From contig CAVWGN010000001.1 in assembly GCA_963754655.1 (NCBI GenBank), positions 512,001 to 576,000 on the forward strand: DNA of 64,000 bases. Direction: 5' to 3'. The position numbers and the translations under genes were made by a program. The DNA comes from an uncultured Chlamydiae bacterium. GTDB taxonomy: Bacteria > Chlamydiota > Chlamydiia > Chlamydiales > Parachlamydiaceae. This document shows positions 1-9,637 of this stretch, piece after piece. The first letter of the stretch is position 1. Each line of letters starts with the position of its first letter. The notes under the pieces were generated by a model. That model had not been told where the DNA came from. It searched no databases and saw only the letters and a list, made by a program, of their open reading frames with translations.

Positions 1-446
1 ATTAAAATGAATATTCATGATATTTGTTTATAATTTTTAAAAATTAAACTGATTGTCTTATTTATGTTTATTAATGTCAATAAGTACATGATCTTGTGTC
101 AGAACGACGCATGAAAATCCATTTACACTGGCTTAAAATGTTTGACGGGCTATATGACGCATTCAGTCGCCACGCCGCTTCGCTCTGGGCTCTAGGTAAG
201 GGGTTGTTAACCCACCGTTCGGTCGCCCTCCGGGCTTGGTCACGGTGGGCTAGTAACAGTCGTCCTACGGACTCTCGCGGCAATTTAGAACCGATTGAAT
301 GTTAGAAAAGGCGTTTTGATAATGCCGCGAAAGTTCGTAGGACGACTGTTACTAGGGCGTGTCTGAAAAACATTATCAAAAAGTGATATAAATGATAATA
401 CACGCAATTATAACTACTCCTCTATATTTTTTTCTAACTCATAACG

Positions 447-995
447 GGTGTTTTACTAAATATTTGACACTTGCAGCCCTTCAGGCTGCATCACACAACT
501 CACTCATACCCTGGTCTAGGGGGTTCATTTTGTGCAAAAAATGGGCTTTATTTTTCACAATAAGTGGCATAGTTGAATTGAAGGTCGCATGTTTATGCCG
601 TCCTTTCAGGACTCGATGTCTTTTGATAGAACCCAGGCCTCCGCTTCGCTGCGACCTGGGCTGTAACATGGCGGCCCTTCAGGCCTTAACAAGAGATGTT
701 TAAGTCCCTCTTCTATAGTCCCTAAATCATTTTTTTGTTAAGGCCTGAAGGGCCGCCATGTTACAGCCCAGGTCGCAGCGAAGCGGAGGCCTGGGTTCTA
801 TCAAAAAGACATCGAGTCCTGAAAGGACGGCATAAACATACGACCTTCAATTTAACTATGCCACTTATTGTGAAAAATAAAGCCCATTTTTTGCACAAAA
901 TGAACCCCCCAGACCAGGGCGTTGCTCTGGGTATGAGTGAGTTGTGTCATGCAGCCTGAAGGGTTGCCAGAGTGTCAAATTTTTAGTAAAATACC
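447..995. repeat. Palindromic element family F, expanded copy carrying element B
   Basis: Arms GGTGTTTTACTAAATATTTGACAC...CTCATACCC / GGGTATGAG...GTGTCAAATTTTTAGTAAAATACC. Minimal relative at 59522-59604, half copy at 39097-39140. Confidence 0.8.
512..916. repeat. Palindromic element family B (REPIN-like, about 400 bp), copy 1
   Basis: Near-perfect inverted arms of about 175 bp around a spacer of about 45 bp. Arms contain REP-like hairpins GGCCTGAAGGGCC, CCCAGGTCGCAGCGAAGCGGAGGCCTGGG and GTCCTGAAAGGAC. Copies at 23662 and 41515. Confidence 0.95.
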
Positions 996-1260
996 AGTCA
1001 TGAAATACATCCTATGGGCCCTACAACTATTATTTATATCATAAATAATCTTTTTCAAACACGCCCTAGCCCACCGTGACCGAGCCCGGAGGGCGACCGA
1101 ACGGTGGGTTAACAACCCCCTCACCTAGAGCCCAGAGCGAAGCGGCGTGGCGACTGAATGCGTCATATGGCCCGCCATACATTTTAAGGCCATGTGATTG
1201 GAGTATGGCATCAAAGCCAGATGGGATTTTAATGCGTCGTCTCTGAATCTTGTGTCTATT

Positions 1261-2076
1261 TTATTGATGTAAATGCTCTGGCGACAATCGGTCTACTCGT
1301 TGAATAGAATGGCCAAAGAGCCGTTCGGCTAAAGAGAGAAATTTTTCAGGATCGTCAGAAACATAATATTGGTGTTGTCCTTGAAGAATTGGAGATAAAA
1401 GCTGGTGCTGCTTTAAGAGATAAGCAACCTGATGGGCACATGTTGAAGCGGAATCGACCAAAGAGACTTTTCCCCCTACTTCTTGCTGAATGAGCGAACT
1501 GAGTAAAGGATAATGCGTGCATCCTAGCAAGACGGTATCTACTTCTTGGTTTCGTAATGGGTGTAAATATTCTTGAATAATAAGACAAGTAGCTGGGTGC
1601 TGAAGCCAGTGCTCTTCGACTAAAGGAACAAAGAGAGGGCAGGCAATAGGTATGAGGGTCGCTTGCGGGGCTAGCTTGCGAATGGCTGCTTGGTAGACTC
1701 CTGATTGGATAGTGCCTTTCGTTCCAAGAACAGCGATGAATTGATTGTGCGAGACTTGAACAGCTTTTTCTGCTCCAGCTTCAATGACTCCTACAATAGG
1801 AAGATTAAAAAGTCGGCGTAATTTGGGAAGAGCAAATGCTGAAGCAGTATTGCAAGCGACAACTAATAGCTTAATGTTCTTTTCGAGTAAACAAATGGTG
1901 TTTTCTATAGAATAACGAACAATTGTTTGGCTGCTCTTATTGCCATACGGGACGCGAGCTGTATCGCCAAAATAAATCAAGCGTTCATGGGGCAGGAGAT
2001 GCATGATTTGCTGCATCACCGTTAAACCTCCAACACCTGAATCAAATATTCCAATTGCATTCGATGACAAAGACAT
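1261..2076 (-). CDS. murI: Glutamate racemase
   Basis: Motifs IGIFDSGVGGLTV, GDTARVPYG, VVACNTASA, LLGCTHYP. Confidence 0.97.
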   Translation of the reverse strand: MSLSSNAIGIFDSGVGGLTVMQQIMHLLPHERLIYFGDTARVPYGNKSSQTIVRYSIENTICLLEKNIKLLVVACNTASAFALPKLRRLFNLPIVGVIEAGAEKAVQVSHNQFIAVLGTKGTIQSGVYQAAIRKLAPQATLIPIACPLFVPLVEEHWLQHPATCLIIQEYLHPLRNQEVDTVLLGCTHYPLLSSLIQQEVGGKVSLVDSASTCAHQVAYLLKQHQLLSPILQGQHQYYVSDDPEKFLSLAERLFGHSIQRVDRLSPEHLHQ

Positions 2077-2176
2077 GAGGCATATCCTTCAGTTTAGCAG
2101 CGCATAGGCAATCGTTTTAGGCGGAGGTAGAGCAATGGGTGTCAACTTAAAAGTGTTTATTGATGCAAAGACCCTT

Positions 2177-2908
2177 CTAAGGAATTTTTAGCGTTTGTCC
2201 TACCATGATGCGATCATTGGCAAGTTGATTGGCATCACGTAAGGCCTGAACCGATACTTTTTGTGCGCGGGCAATTTTTTCCAAAGAATCACCTGGCTGA
2301 ACCTTATAGGTTTTTAATTCCTCGTTCGCTTTCAAGGTGAATTCTTGTGCTGCTTCCTTTGCTTGCCACACCTCCATCATCGATTGCAAAGCAGCTTCCA
2401 AATTTTGCATGTGTTGGCTTTGCGTTTGAAGGAGATTCTCTAACTCAGCAATTTTCTGCTTGTATTGTCCTAAAACAGAAACAGAATCATTGGCTTGGGT
2501 CTTGATTTGACGCAAGTCAGCCATCACGTTTCGGACCAGCGTTTCTAAATTGCGAATGGAGTGATCTAAAGTCTCTGTTTTTCCCTCCAAATTGACATTG
2601 GAGGCTCTCACGAAATCACGCTGTGATTGCACGTCATCTATGAGCTGTTGCCGCAATTGATCAAAAGAAGCTTCTTGGCTTTGAAGTTGATTTTCAAAGG
2701 TGCGAATTTCAGATTCGTGATTGCGCATTTCATGTTTGAGATCAGCTAAGCCCGTTTTCAGTTGGCGTAAAACACTGGTTAAGTCATCCCCTGGAGCAGG
2801 AACAGGACGCGCGACTTGATAGGGTTGCGAATAAGTTTGTGGGGCAGCCCATCCTGTTGTAGTAAATAGGAAAAGGGCTGCAGCTAGATAAAACCGTTTA
2901 ACGTTCAT
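2177..2908 (-). CDS. Exported coiled-coil protein with C-terminal LysM domain (chlamydial pal-adjacent protein)
   Basis: Signal peptide from MNVKRFYLAAALF (start moved to ATG 2908). Long coiled coil. LysM motif YKVQPGDSLEKIAR...GQTLKIP. Overlaps the pal stop codon. Confidence 0.85.
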   Translation of the reverse strand: MNVKRFYLAAALFLFTTTGWAAPQTYSQPYQVARPVPAPGDDLTSVLRQLKTGLADLKHEMRNHESEIRTFENQLQSQEASFDQLRQQLIDDVQSQRDFVRASNVNLEGKTETLDHSIRNLETLVRNVMADLRQIKTQANDSVSVLGQYKQKIAELENLLQTQSQHMQNLEAALQSMMEVWQAKEAAQEFTLKANEELKTYKVQPGDSLEKIARAQKVSVQALRDANQLANDRIMVGQTLKIP

Positions 2909-3742
2909 AAATCTTAAACTCACCACGGCGGTTTTTTGCCCAACCTTCTTCATGACGTTCTAAAATGACAGGACGCTCTTTTCCATAGGAAATCGTAAAT
3001 AAACGATCGGGATCGACCCCTTCATTAATCAATAAATTGCGTACGGTGTTGGCGCGGCGAGATCCCAACGCTAAGTTATAAGCTTGAGGTCCTCTTTCAT
3101 CGGTATGACCCTCAATAAAGATATAGATATTAGGATGGAAGCGCAAAAAATCTGCAATATTATGAATAGTTTGAAGGTTTTGCGGCCCTTTAACTAAGCT
3201 GCTGTCATAGTCAAAATAAATGGGGCGGAAAATCCCTGCTAGCTGAGGATTAGTACTGGGATCGCGAAATGCTTGAATGCCTGGAATAAAACTTCCTTGT
3301 TCTCCCGGCGTTTCACGAGGGGGGGAGCCATCATATCTGACATCGCCAGCTCGTTAGTGGGATCCTGAAGTGGAATAAAATCATTATTTGCTGAAGCGTT
3401 GTTTCCATAATAGGAGTCTTGAGAAATCGTATAGGAATCTGTCGGGCTATAAAAGTCTTGCGGTGTGTAGTAGTCTTGATTGTTGCTGGTGTCTTGGTAG
3501 CAGCAATCCTGGAAATTGCCTTCGGGACAGCAATTTTCATCTTCAATGCATTCAAAATCGTTACGACTACGGATCTGGCGCGAGTTTTCATGGTTTCCAC
3601 CTAAAGCTCTGACTCCACGTCCCATGTGTCGGCCAGCAGATTTAGTGTCTTCCCATACATCACTGCTGGATCTCTTACAGCTTTGTAAAGTAAAAACAGC
3701 TGCTAAAACGCTTGTCAAAAAGAAAAATTGCCGTGTTTTCAT
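2898..3742 (-). pseudogene. pal: Peptidoglycan-associated lipoprotein Pal (OmpA family), frameshifted as given at a C7 run; may be a sequencing error
   Basis: Lipobox LQSC in ORF 3239-3742 and OmpA motifs EGHTDERG...YNLALGSRRA...NRR in ORF 2898-3146. Adding one C at 3319-3325 gives continuous APPPRETPGEQGSFIPGIQAFRDP...IYFDYDSS. Confidence 0.9.
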
Positions 3743-3906
3743 AAGGGTTCCTTAGAAATTAGAAGAAGATCAAGAAAGATTTATTGATGGAAACACAGTT
3801 TAGCATAAGAGAAAGCATATTGGCAAAAAAAAATGAAATCAAAATGCTTTTTGCTCACAGTGAATGAATTATGAATAAAAAATTGGCCTAAAAATTTTGC
3901 AACTCT

Positions 3907-4683
3907 TTATTCTTGTTTACTGCTTGCATTTAAAATTTCTTCAGAGGATAGAAAGGGCCTATTAAGAGGATCTTGAAAGTGCCCTCCATTGGGTCCTCTA
4001 CCATATCCAGGAGGCTTATATATTTTTGAAACGTTATTTTCATTTATAAAATGCAAGTTGAGGACCTCTAAAATATCATTTCTTATGAAAAATAAGTTTA
4101 CTCCACACTTGTCTGCATAAACTAACGTATATCCATGTCTTTCGCCTAGTCGTTGGAGCGATAAGATGCTGGCTCCGAAATAATTTGTTCCATCCCAACT
4201 ATTGAATGGTTGATAAACGACGACTTTATCTTCATCTGGTAGGTGAGTTGCATTATATTCAATAATGACGACACGGGGACTATATTTAGAGCTAATGGTA
4301 TTCCAAATATAAAAGTCATTGAAATCAATATCGATTGATAAGAGATCGAATTCTTCTGGAACCTGATATTTTTCAAAAAGATCATTGATGTTTTCTGCTG
4401 TAATAAATTCTTGGTGAAGATTGATGCTTTTATTTTCAAATCTTCCATCCATCATTAATCCTTGCCAGTCAAAAGATTCTCTTAGAACTCTTGTATTACA
4501 TTCGATGCCATTTTCAGCGCCAAACTCAACATAATATTTATTGGTAGTACCTAAAAGATTAAAAATTGCAAGAGTTATCCCATCTTCACCATTTTGGCTA
4601 AAAATTTTTTGTTCATATGGTCTTAAATTAATTTGAGCAAAACAGATACTAGGAATTATGAAAAATACTATCAATCTTAACAT
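3907..4683 (-). CDS. FkbM-like SAM-dependent methyltransferase-family protein with N-terminal signal peptide
   Basis: Motifs FSQNGEDG, YVEFGA, LLSIDIDFNDFYIW, PRVVIIEYN, GVNLFFIR. AT-rich gene between tolB and pal. Confidence 0.65.
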   Translation of the reverse strand: MLRLIVFFIIPSICFAQINLRPYEQKIFSQNGEDGITLAIFNLLGTTNKYYVEFGAENGIECNTRVLRESFDWQGLMMDGRFENKSINLHQEFITAENINDLFEKYQVPEEFDLLSIDIDFNDFYIWNTISSKYSPRVVIIEYNATHLPDEDKVVVYQPFNSWDGTNYFGASILSLQRLGERHGYTLVYADKCGVNLFFIRNDILEVLNLHFINENNVSKIYKPPGYGRGPNGGHFQDPLNRPFLSSEEILNASSKQE

Positions 4684-4782
4684 AAGTGATCCTTATAATA
4701 AAGGGATTGATAATTTTCGTATTTATATGAATTTCTGCGAGATTGTCAATTAAATTTTTAAATATTTTAAAAATCGTCTATT

Positions 4783-6177
4783 TTATGATTTTAAGCGAGG
4801 CTCCCAATTGGGGAAACGCTTTTCACCAGGTCCAAAAGTAATTTGCGTGGCTTCTGCCTGATTGAGATTAATAATAAACAATTCGCTTGATTTGGGGGTC
4901 GATGAATTAAAGACTAGGTGCAAATTATTAGGAGCCCAAGAGGGATTCTCTTTATGACCACTTCCTTGGGTAATTTGCGTCTCTTGATTTGTGTTAAAGT
5001 CATACACCCAAATTTGGCGATCCCCTTTACCGCGTGCACAATAAGCCAGTTTCGTGCCATCAGGAGACCAAGAAGGAGCTGTGTTTTCACGATTGGTTTT
5101 AGAAATTAAGGTTGCTTGAATATTTTTTATATCAGTTCCAGGTGCTGGAATTTGAATGACGTAAATTTTGGGAGAGCCGTCTTTATCCGATACAAATGCG
5201 ACGCGCATGCCATCGGGACTAAATGTCGGAGACCCTTGCGTCGCTTGCCGAGCTGAAAAAATTTGTTGAGGCTTGCCAATCGCTCCTTTTTCTGGACTAA
5301 ATGGCTGCAAAAAGAGATCGGGATTGCCCGTAATATCGCAAATAAAGGCTACTTTATCCCGCTGCTGAGAAATAGCGGGCATGAGTTGATTGCCTCTAAT
5401 CGAGGTTAACCGCCGCTTTTTTCCATCTTTGATAGAAGAAAGGTAAATTTTAGGTTGGCCGAGTTGATAGGAGACATATAAAAAACCGCCAGTTGCAAAG
5501 CCAGGCTTTGGGGGTAAATAAACAGGGGTGACGCAAGTTGAGCGCTCTTGTGTCAATTGGTGAGGGTTACCCCCATCATAATCTGCTTCCCACACTTCTG
5601 AAATCCATTTGCTGCTATCCGAGGAATTTTGTGTTTTAATCGTATATAAAATGCGCGTTGAAGCAATCCCATCCTTTCCAAAAAGAGCTTTATAAATGAC
5701 GTCAGCTAAACGATGAATTTGACGTCGATCTTCTCCTAAATCGCCTGTTAAAGGAATAGAATCGATGGTTTTCAAAGACTGCTCTTGAACATCTAATAGG
5801 ATAGTTCGGATAGATCTGTTTTGAATTTGCGGTTTGATGACATAAAAAATGTGACGCTCTTTCCAGACGCTTGTAGAGCCAAGCTGATTAAAAGCTGCAC
5901 CTTGTCCAATTTGATTGCTATCAGAGGTGCGCTTAGCAACAGTTGTTGATCCATTATGAGAGAGATCAAAAGCTAAAATCTTTTCTAATTGCTGGGCATA
6001 ACTTTCTTGCAGATCTGATGCTTCTTGACTAATGGGAAGGAGATATAAGGGAGTTAAGCTGCTCTCAGTTGCCAGTTTGACAACAAAGGGCTCTTCGATT
6101 GCCTCTGCTAATACAAAATTGAAGCACAATCCATTTAAAATGGCGACGAGCCAAATCCATACTATTAAAGCTCTCAT
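4783..6177 (-). CDS. tolB: Tol-Pal system beta-propeller protein TolB
   Basis: Signal peptide, DYDGGN motif and PD40 repeats (PTFSPDG, PSWSPDG, PSWAPN). Operon context. Confidence 0.95.
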   Translation of the reverse strand: MRALIVWIWLVAILNGLCFNFVLAEAIEEPFVVKLATESSLTPLYLLPISQEASDLQESYAQQLEKILAFDLSHNGSTTVAKRTSDSNQIGQGAAFNQLGSTSVWKERHIFYVIKPQIQNRSIRTILLDVQEQSLKTIDSIPLTGDLGEDRRQIHRLADVIYKALFGKDGIASTRILYTIKTQNSSDSSKWISEVWEADYDGGNPHQLTQERSTCVTPVYLPPKPGFATGGFLYVSYQLGQPKIYLSSIKDGKKRRLTSIRGNQLMPAISQQRDKVAFICDITGNPDLFLQPFSPEKGAIGKPQQIFSARQATQGSPTFSPDGMRVAFVSDKDGSPKIYVIQIPAPGTDIKNIQATLISKTNRENTAPSWSPDGTKLAYCARGKGDRQIWVYDFNTNQETQITQGSGHKENPSWAPNNLHLVFNSSTPKSSELFIINLNQAEATQITFGPGEKRFPNWEPRLKS

Positions 6178-6204
6178 CCTACGACCTTTTTATTTTTTTT
6201 AAAT

Positions 6205-7509
6205 TTAAGAATCATTTTGAAGAGTGATGACAAAGGTGTTTTGCTGCACTCCTTGAAATCGCTGACCAAAGGATGGGAATAAAAGGGTTGGAATTTTGCT
6301 TTCCACATACGCTTTGTTTTTGCTGCTTTCGCTTTGAACTGTTTCCACTTTCACTATTCTTCCCGTTCTGTCCAACGTGAGTTTAATTTTAACAGCTCCG
6401 TAATCGGGAAAACGCAATGCCATTTTTAAGCGGTAGGCAACCTCATCGCTATAACTGATTTCCTTCGTTCCCCATTCTCCTGAGCTTCCTGTTTCTCCCC
6501 ATGGTAAAGCATCTACTTGTAAGACTCCCAATTCTTGAGGCAGGGCAGCAGCTTCTAAGTTTACCGATGAGGAAGAAGAGCTCATCTTATCGCGTGTTTC
6601 GCCCATTTTTGCAAGAGTTTCTTTGGCTTTAGCTAACAGAGCTTGTTCCTTCTGCCGGGCAGCTTCTTGAGCAGCTGCAATTTCTTGTTGTCGTTTTTTT
6701 TCAGCTTCTGCTATCTCTTGTTGTCGCTTTTTCTCTGCTTCAGCTATCTCTTGTTGCCGCTTTTTCTCTGCTTCTGCTCGCTCTTTTTGTCGCTTTTTCT
6801 CCGCTTCCGCTTGCTCGCGCTGCTGCTTTTTTTCGGCTTCTTCTTTTAGTTTAGATTTTGTTGCCTCAGTTTTAGGGGGTTTTTTAGCAGCTTCAATGGG
6901 TTTTTTGACAGGAGCTGATGTTTTATTCGTTGTTTTTGGAGTTTCTTGAAGCATAGGTTTAGGAGAAGGGGCTTTTGGTTGAGGTTTATTTTCCGTTTTA
7001 ATGGGAAGAGGAGGGAAAACAGGAAGGGGAGGAGGGATAGTAGGAGTCGAAATAGGAGCTGCCTCTTGCATAGAGGCAACTACCTGAGATTCTTCTTTCT
7101 TAATAGGCACTTCTTGAATAGGAAAGGCCTCTTCTTTTTCCAAAGAAATATCAGGTTGAGGTGAGGTTTCTTCTTTAAGAGGCTGAGAAATCGCAGGGGG
7201 TTCTATTTTCGGCGGTTCGATAGGAGAATGAAGAGTTGGCATTGGTGCAGCAACGGGCTGGACAGTAGGAGTAGACGCTGGCATTTGAACGACCGCTGAT
7301 TCAAAGGGTTTGAGGCGAACTGTTTGAACAATGATTTTAGAGCGTGGTTTTGGAGCAGGGGGAGCAGGATTCCAAAAGGTGCCCAACCCTAATAACACAA
7401 GATGTATAGCGATGACGATCAGCACAATGGTAAACAGCTGAGAGTGATAGCGAGGAGAAGAAAAAGTAGAAGGAGAAGGAGGGATATGATGGGGCATGTG
7501 CTTCGACAC
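6205..7509 (-). CDS. tolA: TolA/TonB-like inner-membrane-anchored protein
   Basis: Single TM helix with His (IAIHLVLL), Pro-rich linker, tandem AEKKRQQEIAE repeats and TonB_C-like end (VKIKLTLDRTGRI). Lies between tolR and tolB. Confidence 0.8.
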   Translation of the reverse strand: MSKHMPHHIPPSPSTFSSPRYHSQLFTIVLIVIAIHLVLLGLGTFWNPAPPAPKPRSKIIVQTVRLKPFESAVVQMPASTPTVQPVAAPMPTLHSPIEPPKIEPPAISQPLKEETSPQPDISLEKEEAFPIQEVPIKKEESQVVASMQEAAPISTPTIPPPLPVFPPLPIKTENKPQPKAPSPKPMLQETPKTTNKTSAPVKKPIEAAKKPPKTEATKSKLKEEAEKKQQREQAEAEKKRQKERAEAEKKRQQEIAEAEKKRQQEIAEAEKKRQQEIAAAQEAARQKEQALLAKAKETLAKMGETRDKMSSSSSSVNLEAAALPQELGVLQVDALPWGETGSSGEWGTKEISYSDEVAYRLKMALRFPDYGAVKIKLTLDRTGRIVKVETVQSESSKNKAYVESKIPTLLFPSFGQRFQGVQQNTFVITLQNDS

Positions 7510-7515
7510 CTTGCC

Positions 7516-7941
7516 TTATGCGGGCTTTAAAATAATATCTATCTGGGAAAAACCAGCCTCTTCAGCTGCATTCTTAACAGCTTGATAGGTTCCAAAATGA
7601 GCTTTTTTGTCATGAAAAATTTGTGGGCGAATCTGTGGATATTTGACTTTCGCTTGCTTGAGCACTGCTACAAGATCTTTTGGAGTAATGAGTTGATTGT
7701 TAAACCAAATGGTATTGTCTTGGTGCACATGAATTGTAATGGGGCTGCTCTCCTGCACAGAAGTATTAGCTAGCATAGCAGTAGGGCCATCGGCGAGTTC
7801 AACCCGATCCAATTCCAACAGAGGAGCAATGACGATAAACATAATTAAAATCACGAAGACAACATCAATAAGAGGGGTTAAATTGACCGTCGGTTCTTCA
7901 AACGTTGAATGGCCCATAAATGAAATGCGACTTCTTGTCAT
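7516..7941 (-). CDS. tolR: Biopolymer transporter ExbD/TolR
   Basis: TM motif VNLTPLIDVVFVILIMF with conserved Asp. Confidence 0.92.
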   Translation of the reverse strand: MTRSRISFMGHSTFEEPTVNLTPLIDVVFVILIMFIVIAPLLELDRVELADGPTAMLANTSVQESSPITIHVHQDNTIWFNNQLITPKDLVAVLKQAKVKYPQIRPQIFHDKKAHFGTYQAVKNAAEEAGFSQIDIILKPA

Positions 7942-8152
7942 GGCTGAAATTCCTCAAGCATATCGGGTAGAGTATCCTTAAATGTTTTAATCTCAAGTGT
8001 CTGTATTACCGAGCAGACATCAGGCAAAAGCGGGTCAAGCAAAGCGACGCATTCAGTCACTATCCGCGCTGCGCTCTATGTTTGATGTTAGCCACCGGGA
8101 CCCACCATTTGGTCGTATACGCTGCCGCAGAGGTTAAGAGCGGGCGCTAGAT

Positions 8153-8457
8153 TAAGCGACGCATTCAGTCGCCCGCCGCTTCGCTCTGGGCTCTGGATAA
8201 GCGGTTGTTTAACCCACCGTTCGGTCGCCCTCCGGGCTCGGTCACGGTGGGCTAGTAACAGTCGTCCTCCGGACTCTAGCGGCATTATCAAAACGTCTTG
8301 TCTAACATTCAATCTTTTCTACATTGCCGCTAGAGTCCGGAGGACGACTGTTACTAGCCCACCGTGACCGAGCCCGGAGGGCGACCGAACGGTGGGTTAA
8401 ACAACCGCTTATCCAGAGCCCAGAGCGAAGCGGCGCGGCGACTGAATGCGTCGCTTA
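8153..8457. repeat. Palindromic element family A, copy 2 (uninterrupted), between tolQ and tolR
   Basis: Near-perfect inverted arms of about 130 bp. Spacer is the reverse complement of the copy 1 spacer. Degenerate outer arms to about 8095 and 8512. Partial extra arm at 8042-8078. Confidence 0.95.
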
Positions 8458-8646
8458 GCCTAGCTTCCACTCTTAGCCTAAGACGTATGCGACCAAACGG
8501 TGGCACCCCCGGGTTCTATGGCCTAATGCCTGTGTGACCAACAAAAAAAAGCGGCGACCACATCGTCGCATAGCTCAACCTCAACTCTTGCTTAACACTT
8601 AGGCTCATGCTCATGTTGCTAAATGTTTTGCAAATACATCTTAGTG

Positions 8647-9423
8647 TTAAGCGTCAACTTTGCGATATTGAAGTTCGACTGTTGCTAGGATTTCATTGGA
8701 GAATCCTTCCATTTCTGTTGCAAAATCGCGGATATTATTTTTCAAATAATTATAACCTACAAGAGCGGGAATGGCATCAAGTAGTCCCAAAACAGTTGTG
8801 GCTAGAGCCAGAGATAATCCTCCTAGGACCATTTGATGCGTGCTACCTACACTTTGCGCCTGTAACTCGGAAAATGTCGTTAAAATTCCCCATACTGTAC
8901 CCAATAGCCCCAAAAAAGGAGCAAGACTGACAGTAGTCGATAAAATATAAAGGTGCCTTTCGAGAAATTTGACTTGTTGAGCAACTTGCGTAGATAGATG
9001 AGAGGAAATATAATCGATATCACTTAACGACAAATAAGAGGAGGGCAAAGCAGGCTGGCCAAATCCCGTTCCTATTGATTCACTTTGTTGAAGTTTGGTA
9101 AAATGTTTGTTCTTATTTAAAACCTCTAAGCATTGTTTTTTTAAGACTTGGTAAAGATCTAAAAAAGGATTAATCATTTTCTTCTTATTGATGCCTTCGC
9201 AGTCTAAACTTAAAGGATTCAGTTTTTGAAGTTGAAAAGCTTCATGAAAACGAAAAGCATGCTTTTTTGCCTGATAAGTAATCCAAATTTTATAAAGCAA
9301 AATCGACCAACTGCAAATGGAAAGAGCATAAAGGCCCAAGAAAATAAGCTTGCCGAGGATGTCCGCTTGCGAGTAAGCTTCAAAAAAAGGATTACCATTT
9401 AGCATAATAATGTTTACATCCAT
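8647..9423 (-). CDS. tolQ: MotA/TolQ/ExbB proton channel protein
   Basis: Motifs LAPFLGLLGTVWGI and ALATTVLGLLDAIPA. Confidence 0.92.
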   Translation of the reverse strand: MDVNIIMLNGNPFFEAYSQADILGKLIFLGLYALSICSWSILLYKIWITYQAKKHAFRFHEAFQLQKLNPLSLDCEGINKKKMINPFLDLYQVLKKQCLEVLNKNKHFTKLQQSESIGTGFGQPALPSSYLSLSDIDYISSHLSTQVAQQVKFLERHLYILSTTVSLAPFLGLLGTVWGILTTFSELQAQSVGSTHQMVLGGLSLALATTVLGLLDAIPALVGYNYLKNNIRDFATEMEGFSNEILATVELQYRKVDA

Positions 9424-9637
9424 TGATAATTCCTTTATACTCGATATAAGTTTTTATAATTTTAATTTTATAAATTAAGGGATTGTTAACTTGATACAAG
9501 TTGGATAACTGATTATGTCCTATTTGTCAAGTTTTGTTTACAAAGTGAGAGGTCAAACCTTGCATCTTGTCTCAAATGAGTATCATCCCCAGTTTAAAAG
9601 GCTTTTTGATGAGCCGTATAAAGTAAGGAGATTTTTC

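Larger units (their letters stand above)
356..1065. mobile_element. MITE-like element (family G) inserted at CTAG in the right arm of palindrome A
   Basis: Ends GGCGTGTCTGAAAAACATTAT / ATAATCTTTTTCAAACACGCC. CTAG duplicated at 352-355 and 1066-1069. Removing it restores the A arm (GTTACTAG|CCCACCGT). No transposase ORF. Confidence 0.85.
99..1247. repeat. Palindromic element family A, copy 1 (core arms 152-1168); right arm interrupted by nested elements
   Basis: Left arm ATATGACGCATTCAGTCGCC...GGACTCTCGCGGCA is the reverse complement of 323-355 plus 1066-1168. Spacer about 40 bp. Weaker outer arms extend to about 99 and 1247. Same family at 8153 and 52010. Confidence 0.92.

Noticed and set aside
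77..959. Short ORFs 77-283, 96-305, 392-703, 481-669 and 735-959 (also 8088-8312, 19206-19388, 23479-23685)
   Set aside because: They lie in or start within palindromic repeats. Similar peptides recur only because the DNA repeats, and frames are not preserved between copies.
6660..6840. 33-bp tandem repeats in tolA
   Set aside because: Ordinary TolA helical repeats (AEKKRQQEIAE), not an array.
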